Made by a program: the position numbers and the translations under genes. A stretch of 35,472 bases of DNA from Candidatus Woesearchaeota archaeon (GTDB lineage: Archaea; Nanobdellota; Nanobdellia; Woesearchaeales; CAZJJJ01). The DNA lies in assembly GCA_046538795.1 (NCBI GenBank), contig JBKHIF010000005.1, forward strand, positions 1-35,472, given 5' to 3'. This document shows positions 28,801-35,472 of the stretch, piece by piece (position 1 is the first letter of the stretch; each line of letters begins with the position of its first letter). Below the pieces are notes generated by a model. It was not told the origin of the DNA. It saw nothing but the letters and a program-made list of their open reading frames with translations, and searched no databases.

Positions 28801-29142
28801 GTCAAAAAGCCTCTTGATGCAGATTGTGTTGCTCAGCTTAAGACTCTTCCTATAGCTGATGAGATTGGCTTAGAAATAGAGAGATTCAGGTTTGCAAACA
28901 TCCTTCCTATAATACTCATACCGCTGATTAGCCTTGTGATAATATTTTTCTCTAAAAAGAATGATCTTCCCCCTCCGCCTGTTGCAGGTGTTCCTACAGA
29001 GGAAGAGCTTGAACAGCTGAAAAGAGATATTAAAGATATGAAAGACAAAGGCATGAACCATGATCAGATAATGGATGAATTAAGACGAAGAAATGTTGAT
29101 GAACATGCTATAGAGGTTCTTTTAAGCCACCATGATTTCTAA
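25804..29142 (+). CDS. Large Cys-rich surface protein with DxDxDG / DNDCDG motifs and C-terminal TM anchor (paralogue B)
   Basis: ATG 25804 follows a TATA box near 25773-25781 and starts a signal peptide; same Cys motifs as 21869-24238; TM, Pro-rich linker and helical tail. Confidence 0.85.
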   Translation: MNKSICRTIVFCFLFFLVNQVVFSAEEADVRVNNCIYDGDNPITTDSFQLRVNAQIYDSAYSGVSMFMLKNTFDDISYTGNCRYNNCVCNDASNLCYYTFNIENNFMGDRCEGSVTVEFIPYARLNGMSTMIEGDSCLVTFEKLDSETSFEYIMSYPDNHNESVFFNQTSESYVVEEGKEFNIRIFMNDQDALLSAELHRFNIATSELDMIAEQDCGGSRHCQINHQEMLSEDSYTYKIVAYDVCQNVHEDFINVDVFSGDYEQENDTFQIESFECLNCDNSQSSIREFEVIVSEIDDLLDAGLDTCDSLSILLDPDTGTFIDVSAPQFDFSSDPESDDSCIYRFFYQDSRPGLRDYKVKAVSSQDVESDLVEFLFEISHPDENSQNHGEQISAELEITPSTISLGRRAEMRLSAESTYLLESAGIINSGELSSGSFEYQESCNQDNYCVVETSFVPERLGTYSFKGIVKSLEGNLTDSVVKTLTVICPENNPCCESGTTIMYDHPVSSDENHDFSGCNKDNRYVSCNYSYMVDSSGNKIPGISVFESGTDSDNDGYDSECGDCDDSNPMINPSSTNPFCDCMPSVTDNPADTFQDLDGISHFDESLDYESGEYCSDGFDNDCDGKVDCFDEDCFVDGVMADSCNLSCTFPEVFCDGRCVDLDNDVNNCGECANACESYNSLDKCIEGECVNVRCRTGFADCDNILGCEVNIFTDENNCGDCGVSCRDDEKCQRGFCVQLSSDNSLSDKDNSAGDNQGNNENRPDNFNELSGEDKYVTILSPISKGYDRQKIHVKIDTNYDLSECVYRVGQNSIVFQKKEFFHRFHYGSNIFIVTCGNITKKVRLTVTEPVETSVNVDMDQTYRDPSEKKEHVETRKIEEIEVNNIIEEAIVVVKEKPKDSEGFAEEFEIKKVKQESTRNVTKTEQYYSVENEETLLSTKIVPDNELKDVEVYIEFPKCAAEYVDEIEFENENYKIVKDDPLVMWHFSEVNEDVELEYKVKKPLDADCVAQLKTLPIADEIGLEIERFRFANILPIILIPLISLVIIFFSKKNDLPPPPVAGVPTEEELEQLKRDIKDMKDKGMNHDQIMDELRRRNVDEHAIEVLLSHHDF

Positions 29143-29204
29143 ATTGTTGTTTTTAGTATGGTTTTAAAATAATTTTTATAAACATACATTCATTCTGTAT
29201 TGAT

Positions 29205-29900
29205 ATGAATTCGCTTAAGTGGCCTAGAAGGCTTGTCATAGTAAGGCATGGGCAATCTGAACAGAATGCTGCTCTTGATCTTATGGATGATAATCTTGAA
29301 GAAAAACTGAAGAGACAAAAGACTATAAGAGACGCTGATATAGAGCTTACAGAAAAGGGAATAAAACAAGCTCAGGATACAGGGAGATATCTTTCACACA
29401 CAGAACCTTTTGATATATGCTTTTCATCTCCATACAGGAGAGTGCTCCAGACAGCAGAAAACATAATTTCTAATATAGGATATATTTTATCGCTTTACAA
29501 GGATAATCGCCTGAGGGAAAAGGAATTTGGAAGACTTCATGGTTATACAAAAGAGGAAATAAAAGAGAGATATCCAGAAGAGTTTGAAGACCGAATAAGA
29601 GACGGGAAATACTGGTACAGACTCCCAAGAGGAGAGAATTATCCTGATGTTGAAGCAAGAGTCCATAGTTTTCTTGATAAGCTTGTGCGTGATTATGGCG
29701 GAAAGAATGTCCTTGTAGTTACGCATCAGGTAACTTATAAGATGTTCAGGGCGCTCTTTGAACATCTTGATGAAGAAGCTGTTTTGGCTCTTGAAGAGTG
29801 TCCTAACTGCGGGATACAGGATTATTTTATTGAGACTTCTGAAAATCCTGAAGGCCGCATGAAGCTTAGACAATTCAACTTGGTTGCGTATGAAAATTGA
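29205..29900 (+). CDS. Histidine phosphatase superfamily protein (phosphoglycerate mutase-like)
   Basis: IVRHGQS, LTEKG-x-x-QA, SSPYRRVLQTA, RLRE-x-x-FG, GE and VVTH motifs. Confidence 0.92.
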   Translation: MNSLKWPRRLVIVRHGQSEQNAALDLMDDNLEEKLKRQKTIRDADIELTEKGIKQAQDTGRYLSHTEPFDICFSSPYRRVLQTAENIISNIGYILSLYKDNRLREKEFGRLHGYTKEEIKERYPEEFEDRIRDGKYWYRLPRGENYPDVEARVHSFLDKLVRDYGGKNVLVVTHQVTYKMFRALFEHLDEEAVLALEECPNCGIQDYFIETSENPEGRMKLRQFNLVAYEN

Positions 29901-29958
29901 TGGGATCTTTGCCCGTATCATCACAATATTTATAAATCACTGAATTAAAAATACCTTT

Positions 29959-30972
29959 ATGGCTTTGAAATATGATGTAATCACATTTGGTTCAGGAACA
30001 AGAGATGTTTTTGCAAATACTGATGCAACATACATAATGGATGGTTCTGGAAATTATAAGGAACTTATATCTTATCCTACAGGTTCTAAGATTTTGATAA
30101 ACCAGCTTAAATTTGAGATCGGCGGAGGAGGGACAAATACTGCCTATGCGTTTTCAAGGTTGGGGCTAAAGACTGCCTGGCTTGGCAAGATCGGCAATGA
30201 CAGTACAGCAAACCACATCATGGATTTTATAAAAAAGACAAAAATAGATTTTATCGGTGTTAAGGGCAAGGGAACTTCAGGTTATTCAGTCATACTTGAC
30301 AGCAAAGGTCATGACAGGACAATACTTACTCACAAGGGAGAGAATGATACTCTTTCTTTCGATGAAATAAAGCTTTCAAAACTTAGCACAAGATGGATTT
30401 ATTTTTCATCAATGATGGGAAAATCATTTCAAACGCAAAAGAAACTTGCATCATATGCAGGAAAGAATAAAATCAAGCTTGCTTTTAATCCGAGCAGCTA
30501 TCAGGCAAAATTTGGGTACACGAAGCTTGGTTCTATACTGAAAAATACTGATGTTCTCACGCTTAATCTTGAAGAGTCCCGCCTTCTTCTTAACAAAGAA
30601 TATGAAAATAATATCGAGAGCCTGATAATCGCTCTTAGAAAACTCGGGCCAAGGATTGTTGTAATTACAGATGGCAACAAAGGAGCTTACTGCCTTTCAG
30701 GAAATGACCTTTACATAATATATCCTCACCATGATATAAAGATTATAGAAACAACAGGCGCAGGAGATGCTTTTGCTTCTTCATTTGTAGCAGGACTCAT
30801 GATCAAAGGAGAAGAAAAGGCCGATATTGAGTATGCGCTCAGGCTTGGTGTTGCAAACTCTGAGTCTGTTATCCAGAACTACGGCGCAAAGAATCGTCTT
30901 CTTACAATAAGAGAAGCAGAAAAGGCTATGAAACAGCCAACTAAGATCATCCAAAAAGAGATAAGATACTAA
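29959..30972 (+). CDS. PfkB/ribokinase family carbohydrate or nucleoside kinase
   Basis: GGGGTNTA, GKIGND, LNLEE, ITDGNKGA and ETTGAGDAF motifs. Confidence 0.93.
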   Translation: MALKYDVITFGSGTRDVFANTDATYIMDGSGNYKELISYPTGSKILINQLKFEIGGGGTNTAYAFSRLGLKTAWLGKIGNDSTANHIMDFIKKTKIDFIGVKGKGTSGYSVILDSKGHDRTILTHKGENDTLSFDEIKLSKLSTRWIYFSSMMGKSFQTQKKLASYAGKNKIKLAFNPSSYQAKFGYTKLGSILKNTDVLTLNLEESRLLLNKEYENNIESLIIALRKLGPRIVVITDGNKGAYCLSGNDLYIIYPHHDIKIIETTGAGDAFASSFVAGLMIKGEEKADIEYALRLGVANSESVIQNYGAKNRLLTIREAEKAMKQPTKIIQKEIRY

Positions 30973-30973
30973 A

Positions 30974-31444
30974 ATGCCTTCAGATGATGCTGATACTCCA
31001 AAAGGTGCCCTTATAGCCCTGACCCTTGCAACATGCATTGTTCTTTTCATAGTGATAAGTACTTTTGAGAGCTGTACCCATCTGGAAGGAGATCGGCTTA
31101 GGGCACATTGCTCTGAAGTCAGGTTTTCTATCGAGCCTTATTTGAGAGAATCAAAAGCATGCATAACTATTGATGGCACACTTAAATTTTCTATTGTAAA
31201 TACAGGTGAGCTTGACATAGAGCATTTTACTTTGAAGACTATGGGCAGAAATTATAATACCACGCTTCCTGTCTATACTCCGGGAAGCCAGCAATATGAT
31301 ATAGAAATTGGGCGGGATGTATATGAGACTATGTCAAATGTGGAGTTTATACCTGCTGTATATTATCCTGAGACAGAATCGATTGTACAGTGCAAGGATA
31401 TAACACAGTTTATCAAGCGTCCTGAAATGTGTATTTATGATTGA
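30974..31444 (+). CDS. Membrane-anchored protein, possibly archaeal type IV pilin-like
   Basis: Short charged leader, then KG-ALIALTLATCIVLFIVI hydrophobic helix; paired Cys residues; FSIVNTG and VEFIP strands. Confidence 0.55.
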   Translation: MPSDDADTPKGALIALTLATCIVLFIVISTFESCTHLEGDRLRAHCSEVRFSIEPYLRESKACITIDGTLKFSIVNTGELDIEHFTLKTMGRNYNTTLPVYTPGSQQYDIEIGRDVYETMSNVEFIPAVYYPETESIVQCKDITQFIKRPEMCIYD

Positions 31445-31509
31445 TTCGTGCAAGTCTTACTATCATCACAACAACAATCTTTAAATAGTCATTTTTCTCC
31501 CCTTTTTCT

Positions 31510-33312
31510 ATGGATGATATTGTGCTTTTCAGGGAGATTTCAACAAATGACGAATCTGTCATTGGAAAAAAAGCAGTAAGGATAGCAGAGCTTTATAACA
31601 AAGGTCTTCCGGTTCCGCCCGGATTTGTTATAACCGGTGAGCTTTTTGTAAAGTTTATCGAGATATCAGGCCTTAAGGACTATATTTCACAGGAACTTAA
31701 TTCAGGACAGGATGTGAAGACCAAGTCAATTAATATTCAGAAAGCTATTGTAAATGCCAATGTTCCGTCTGACATGGCTGATTTTATTTATGATAATTAT
31801 ACCAGCCTTAACATAGATGACAATTCAACAAACAGCATGGTGGAATCCCAGCAGGATCCTTACGTCGCAATAAGGGTAAGCAGCACCAGCAGAGAGGTTG
31901 CAGACGTATTCTTTCTTAACATAAAGGGAAAAGAAAGGCTTATTGGAGGAATTAAAGCGTGCTGGGCATCGCTTTTTTCAGAGACAAATATTCACCTCAA
32001 GAGATTCAAGCCTGCTCTTGTTGTCCAGAAGATGATCAACTCAAAAAAATCAGGATATGTGTTTTCAGTTAATCCAAAAACAGGAAACCCTAATGAGATT
32101 GTTGTTGATATATCATCAGGCCTTGGAAATGGTCTTTCTCTTGAACAGGTAAAACCTTCAAGATATACAATAAACAAAGAAGAATATGGTGTTTTATCTT
32201 CGGAGCTTGTTGAGCAGGTCGTGCAGTATTCTCTTGATTTTTCACAGGAAAAGACAGTAAAACTTAACCTTGACGAGCCTATAAAAAACATAATAGATGA
32301 TTTCATATTAAGAGAGCTTGCAAAGATCGGCAAGAACATAGAAAGCAGGTTTGAAGGTCCCCAGCAGATTATCTTTGCAATTGATAAGAAAATATATGTG
32401 CTTGGTTCAAAGGATCTTGATGTAAAACCTGTTTCTGATCCATATCAGGATGCTACTGTTCCTGTACAGGATCCTGAAGACATTGCTGAACAGAGCATCT
32501 CTGATGATTCTTTTGATGATGGTTCTGTTTCTCAGTATGAAGCAGCCCAGCAGCCTAAGCCGGTCGAATCACAGCAGGCAGCAGAATCTGATAATTCTTT
32601 TGGTGGGTTTACAGATAACAAGCCTGAACAGGAATCTTCTTTTGAAAAACCTGATTTTATCGGGCAAGACAATGTTTCTCAGGATAATGCTTCTTTAGAG
32701 GATGATTCAGACAACGTGATTGAGGAATCTTACGATGATTTTATCGGAGGAGATGAGCATATCCATGAGATTTCTGATGATGAGGATCTGTTAGATTATG
32801 AGAAGACCATTGAAAAATCAGAAGACAGTCTTATACACTATGATGATGAAGCATCTTCAAATCAGGCAAAGGAGGCAAATCCATATCATAATCAGGAAGA
32901 GAATTCTGTTTCAGGAGTTGATATGGGTTCCCAGACCAGGCTTGTTGATGATAATAAGCAGGCTCCTTCTTCAGATAAGGAAAGTTTCATGGCTCAATAT
33001 GTGAATTCAAAACCTGAAGTTGCCTATCAGAAGGCTATCTCATTTAACAGTTCCATGCTGGTTGTTGCATGTGACATGACAATACTTTCTGCTTTGAAGA
33101 ATAAATATAAGTCTGTTTTTTCCAAGGATGCTCACAACTATTTCAATGAGCTTGTGAATGAACTTAAGATGAGGGCTGCCATTCCTTTTGAGAATGAGAT
33201 TAAAGATATCCATAAGTTAAGAGATAGGTTTCTTAATGAGTTCAAGGAGTTAAGCACAGATGAGATTGCCTTTGTCTTAGAATATACAGGCAAGTTCCTT
33301 AATGATTTCTGA
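31510..33312 (+). CDS. PEP synthase/PPDK nucleotide-binding-domain-like protein (degenerate) with acidic linker and C-terminal helical domain
   Basis: GLPVPPGFVIT, KACWASLF, VVQKMI-x-x-x-x-SG-x-x-F and GLG motifs; no phospho-His or PEP-binding domain follows. Confidence 0.8.
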   Translation: MDDIVLFREISTNDESVIGKKAVRIAELYNKGLPVPPGFVITGELFVKFIEISGLKDYISQELNSGQDVKTKSINIQKAIVNANVPSDMADFIYDNYTSLNIDDNSTNSMVESQQDPYVAIRVSSTSREVADVFFLNIKGKERLIGGIKACWASLFSETNIHLKRFKPALVVQKMINSKKSGYVFSVNPKTGNPNEIVVDISSGLGNGLSLEQVKPSRYTINKEEYGVLSSELVEQVVQYSLDFSQEKTVKLNLDEPIKNIIDDFILRELAKIGKNIESRFEGPQQIIFAIDKKIYVLGSKDLDVKPVSDPYQDATVPVQDPEDIAEQSISDDSFDDGSVSQYEAAQQPKPVESQQAAESDNSFGGFTDNKPEQESSFEKPDFIGQDNVSQDNASLEDDSDNVIEESYDDFIGGDEHIHEISDDEDLLDYEKTIEKSEDSLIHYDDEASSNQAKEANPYHNQEENSVSGVDMGSQTRLVDDNKQAPSSDKESFMAQYVNSKPEVAYQKAISFNSSMLVVACDMTILSALKNKYKSVFSKDAHNYFNELVNELKMRAAIPFENEIKDIHKLRDRFLNEFKELSTDEIAFVLEYTGKFLNDF

Positions 33313-33351
33313 TTAGAAAATATTAAATATGTCTGAGTCTATTATTTTGGA

Positions 33352-33669
33352 ATGAGAGGAAGACCTTGTGTTTCAGAGATAAGACAAAATATTGTAGAGC
33401 TTCTTTTTCGCATGGGTTCAGGCCATGGCTATGAGATATATAAAAAATATATAGACCTATTTCCAGGAGTTACGCAAAGAAGCATATATTATCACCTGAG
33501 AAAAGGGCTTTCTCTGAATGAGTTTGCAATTGATTCAATCAAAAAGGAGAAAGGAGATTACTCGTGGGGAACTACTGCTGAAAAGATCTATTATAAGCTT
33601 GGAAAAAATGCTGTTGTAAAGGGAAGCAAGCGTGTTGATGAATATTTCAACAAGAAAGTGAAAAAATAA
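33352..33669 (+). CDS. Small basic winged-helix-like DNA-binding protein
   Basis: GYEIYK...RSIYYHL...YYKL pattern typical of PadR-like winged helices. Confidence 0.7.
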   Translation: MRGRPCVSEIRQNIVELLFRMGSGHGYEIYKKYIDLFPGVTQRSIYYHLRKGLSLNEFAIDSIKKEKGDYSWGTTAEKIYYKLGKNAVVKGSKRVDEYFNKKVKK

Positions 33670-33674
33670 TAATT

Positions 33675-33929
33675 TTATAATGTTTCAAGAAAACTTGCAA
33701 CATTCCATATCTGTGTTCTTGTATATGGCTGCAGATTTGAGTCTTCTGATATTTCATCAAGCTCCTGAAGCACCCTGCTTATCTTAAGGGATACATCGCA
33801 TCCCTCTTCACGAAGTGTATTTATGATACTTTCTATCTTGAGCCTTATGTTTTTTGGTACTGTGTTGTCGTCTTTGATATCGTCTAATCCTTCTATTATG
33901 CTGTTCATCTCATCCATGTCGCATACCAT
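33675..33929 (-). CDS. UPF0147 family protein
   Basis: D-x-TVPKNIR and LDEISEDSNLQPYTRTQIW motifs; start moved to ATG 33929. Confidence 0.88.
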   Translation of the reverse strand: MVCDMDEMNSIIEGLDDIKDDNTVPKNIRLKIESIINTLREEGCDVSLKISRVLQELDEISEDSNLQPYTRTQIWNVASFLETL

Positions 33930-33930
33930 C

Positions 33931-34269
33931 TTAATCACTCTTTTCAATATTTTTCAGGATATCCTGTTGTATTGCCTGTGTTTTTTCTTTTAGAGAGTTT
34001 TCCTGTTTTTCTATGCTTTTTATCCTTAAGGACATTCTCTCGTTTTTTTCATCTAGATCTTTTTTCAGATCGTCTTTAGAATTTTTGATCATAATATTTC
34101 CGATAATCTTATATGCAGAATTAGTGTTTTCAAGTTCTTTCAATGCGGATTCAATTTCCAGTTTTTGGCTCTGGAATGCCTGTTTTTGGTTAAGATATGA
34201 TTGCAAAGTCTGTTCTGCCATTTGCAGTTCATTTATTTTTTCCTGTGTTTCCTGACTGACATTTGGCAT
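33931..34269 (-). CDS. pfdB: Prefoldin subunit beta
   Basis: Coiled coil - EIESALKELE...YKIIGNIMIK hairpin - coiled coil; conserved gene position; GAGGTG RBS. Confidence 0.93.
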   Translation of the reverse strand: MPNVSQETQEKINELQMAEQTLQSYLNQKQAFQSQKLEIESALKELENTNSAYKIIGNIMIKNSKDDLKKDLDEKNERMSLRIKSIEKQENSLKEKTQAIQQDILKNIEKSD

Positions 34270-34507
34270 CTTGCACCTCGCTTAGTCCTAACATCTTCTG
34301 ATAGATCGTCAAAAGTCGGTCTATCGAGCTTTTGATAATTTTTTTCCCTGTTTCATCCTTTGATGTAAGGTCAAAACAGGCCTTGTCATCCATCGCCTTA
34401 AGCTTGTATGAGAACCTTTCTGTCCTGAGTGATCTTAATTCAGGGTAAAAGATCTGTTCCAGGCGTCGTGGGTTATCATCATTGATGATGATCTTTTCTT
34501 TTGGCAT
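34229..34507 (-). CDS. KEOPS subunit Pcc1-like protein
   Basis: Size, PE...R and SKD...SSIDRLL pattern, and position between rpoP and pfdB as in the conserved archaeal cluster. Confidence 0.65.
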   Translation of the reverse strand: MPKEKIIINDDNPRRLEQIFYPELRSLRTERFSYKLKAMDDKACFDLTSKDETGKKIIKSSIDRLLTIYQKMLGLSEVQDAKCQSGNTGKNK

Positions 34508-34521
34508 GATAGCTGCAAACC

Positions 34522-34656
34522 TTAGATAGCTTTAACTTTTGTAGCCACAGTTCTTGGCTTAAAAATCATCTTGCTTCCGCAGTACGGGCAATGGATCCTT
34601 TTTCTTAGATATGTCTCAGCAACATCTCTGTTGCATAAAAAGCATTTGTATCCCAT
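34522..34656 (-). CDS. rpoP: DNA-directed RNA polymerase subunit Rpo12 (P); not in the ORF track
   Basis: Manual translation MGYKCFLCNRDVAETYLRKRIHCPYCGSKMIFKPRTVATKVKAI; zinc ribbon CxxC...CPYCG; directly after rpl37ae. Confidence 0.93.
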   Translation of the reverse strand: MGYKCFLCNRDVAETYLRKRIHCPYCGSKMIFKPRTVATKVKAI

Positions 34657-34700
34657 TTTAGTTCGTCTCTTTTGTTATAAAAACAGATAATAGTAAATAT

Positions 34701-34955
34701 TTAAGCTTCTGCTTCTTTAGCTTTAGCCATCATCTTTTTCTTGTCAAACTCGTAAGCTTTTCCTGTGAATTTTGAACTGCATTTACTGCATTCCCAGATA
34801 CCGGCTGCAACTCTCTTTACACCAATCTTGTTGCAGTAAGGGCAGGTTAGCTTTTTCTTATATTTGGATTCAACATGAGCGACTTTTCCTCTGACAGTCC
34901 TTCCATATCTTGGTCCAAACCTTTTTACAGACCCGAATATTTTTCGTTTTGCCAT
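34701..34955 (-). CDS. rpl37ae: 50S ribosomal protein L37Ae (eL43)
   Basis: RFGPRYG, CPYC, VKRVAAGIWECSKC and FTGKAY motifs. Confidence 0.97.
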   Translation of the reverse strand: MAKRKIFGSVKRFGPRYGRTVRGKVAHVESKYKKKLTCPYCNKIGVKRVAAGIWECSKCSSKFTGKAYEFDKKKMMAKAKEAEA

Positions 34956-35104
34956 TTTATTACTTACCTTGTATTTTTGATAGTTATTGCTTTGTTTATA
35001 AGTGTGATTTCAAGTACTTTTGGGTTTCTATTTAAATATTTTTGTTTTTTGGATGAAATCAAAAGCTATTATTGGCTTGAATTTTGTTTTATATAAATAT
35101 AAAG

Positions 35105-35288
35105 TCCCCGTCCCCGGACTTGAACCAGGAACCTTTCGGTTTCAGCTGTCACGCTTTCATTCTAGGTCTTATGGACCACGTCTGCGAGTGACTTTATTGA
35201 AAAATTTCATTTTTCAATCCCGCAAGCCGCCATTTAAACGACTTGCGATATCTACAGCCGAACGCTCTAGCCATTGAGCTAGACGGGG
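35105..35288 (-). tRNA. tRNA-Tyr(GTA) with a 111-nt intron at position 37/38 (intron about 35141-35251)
   Basis: Acceptor CCCCGTC/GACGGGG with A73 (C1-G72 archaeal Tyr identity); D arm GCTC/GAGC; anticodon stem TTCGG/CCGAA with CT-GTA-G; T arm CCTGG-TTCAAGT-CCGGG; exons total 73 nt; CCA not encoded. Confidence 0.93.
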
Positions 35289-35313
35289 TTTTACTTTGAA
35301 AAATCTGCTCTTC

Positions 35314-35328
35314 TTAATAAAGTTTTTG
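35314..35328 (-). promoter_or_regulatory. BRE/TATA promoter of tRNA-Tyr
   Basis: Minus strand CAAAAAC-TTTATTAA ends about 26 bp upstream of the tRNA 5' end. Confidence 0.6.
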
Positions 35329-35472
35329 ATATGAGAAGAAGTTTCTTTGATTGATATTGGTTTAAATAACCTTGACAGGTTGGGGCAACCTCCACAAAAC
35401 GTAGTTACATGCAAGTGATTAAAAACAAAATTTATAAATAAATTATTTTGATTTTTGATTAAGATGTTTTGT

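Noticed and set aside
34229..34269. 41-bp overlap between the Pcc1-like gene and pfdB as a possible frameshift
   Set aside because: Both proteins are of normal size and pfdB has its own GAGGTG RBS; a short C-terminal run-on explains the overlap.
35377..35391. Small hairpin AGGTTG-GGG-CAACCT upstream of the tRNA
   Set aside because: Only 6 bp, with no match to any riboswitch or ncRNA I can recognise; not enough to call.
34875..35414. ORFs 34875-35096, 35020-35277 and 35214-35414, including a possible intron-encoded protein
   Set aside because: They overlap rpl37ae or the tRNA exons and show no protein motifs; the intron is too short for a homing endonuclease.

Overview
AT-rich archaeal genomic window, most consistent with a DPANN lineage (Woesearchaeota-like). 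Support: the archaeal rpl37ae-rpoP-pcc1-pfdB-UPF0147 cluster, aIF-1A, Taw3/TYW3, NurA, GGTGA ribosome-binding sites, TATA/BRE promoters, a stand-alone 5S rRNA and an intron-containing tRNA-Tyr. It holds about 33 protein genes. These include a form III-type RuBisCO with intact catalytic motifs, a bacterial-type lipoprotein signal peptidase (LspA) plus two lipobox proteins, SppA, and five large surface proteins, two of them Cys-rich paralogues. No transposase, integrase or CRISPR array was seen. The most unusual signals are: (i) a ~46-58 bp direct duplication of the 5S rRNA 3' end around a structured ~80 bp spacer; (ii) a 111-nt three-hairpin intron in tRNA-Tyr with a non-canonical splice motif; (iii) an HExxH metallopeptidase with a Ser/Gly/Tyr low-complexity N-terminus, coupled to a small partner of the same composition; (iv) an FG/Q/N-rich coiled-coil protein behind a surface protein with a long cytoplasmic coiled coil; (v) a degenerate PEP-synthase nucleotide-binding domain fused to an acidic linker; (vi) two repeated palindromic operator-like motifs. 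All assignments come from reading motifs by eye; no searches were run.
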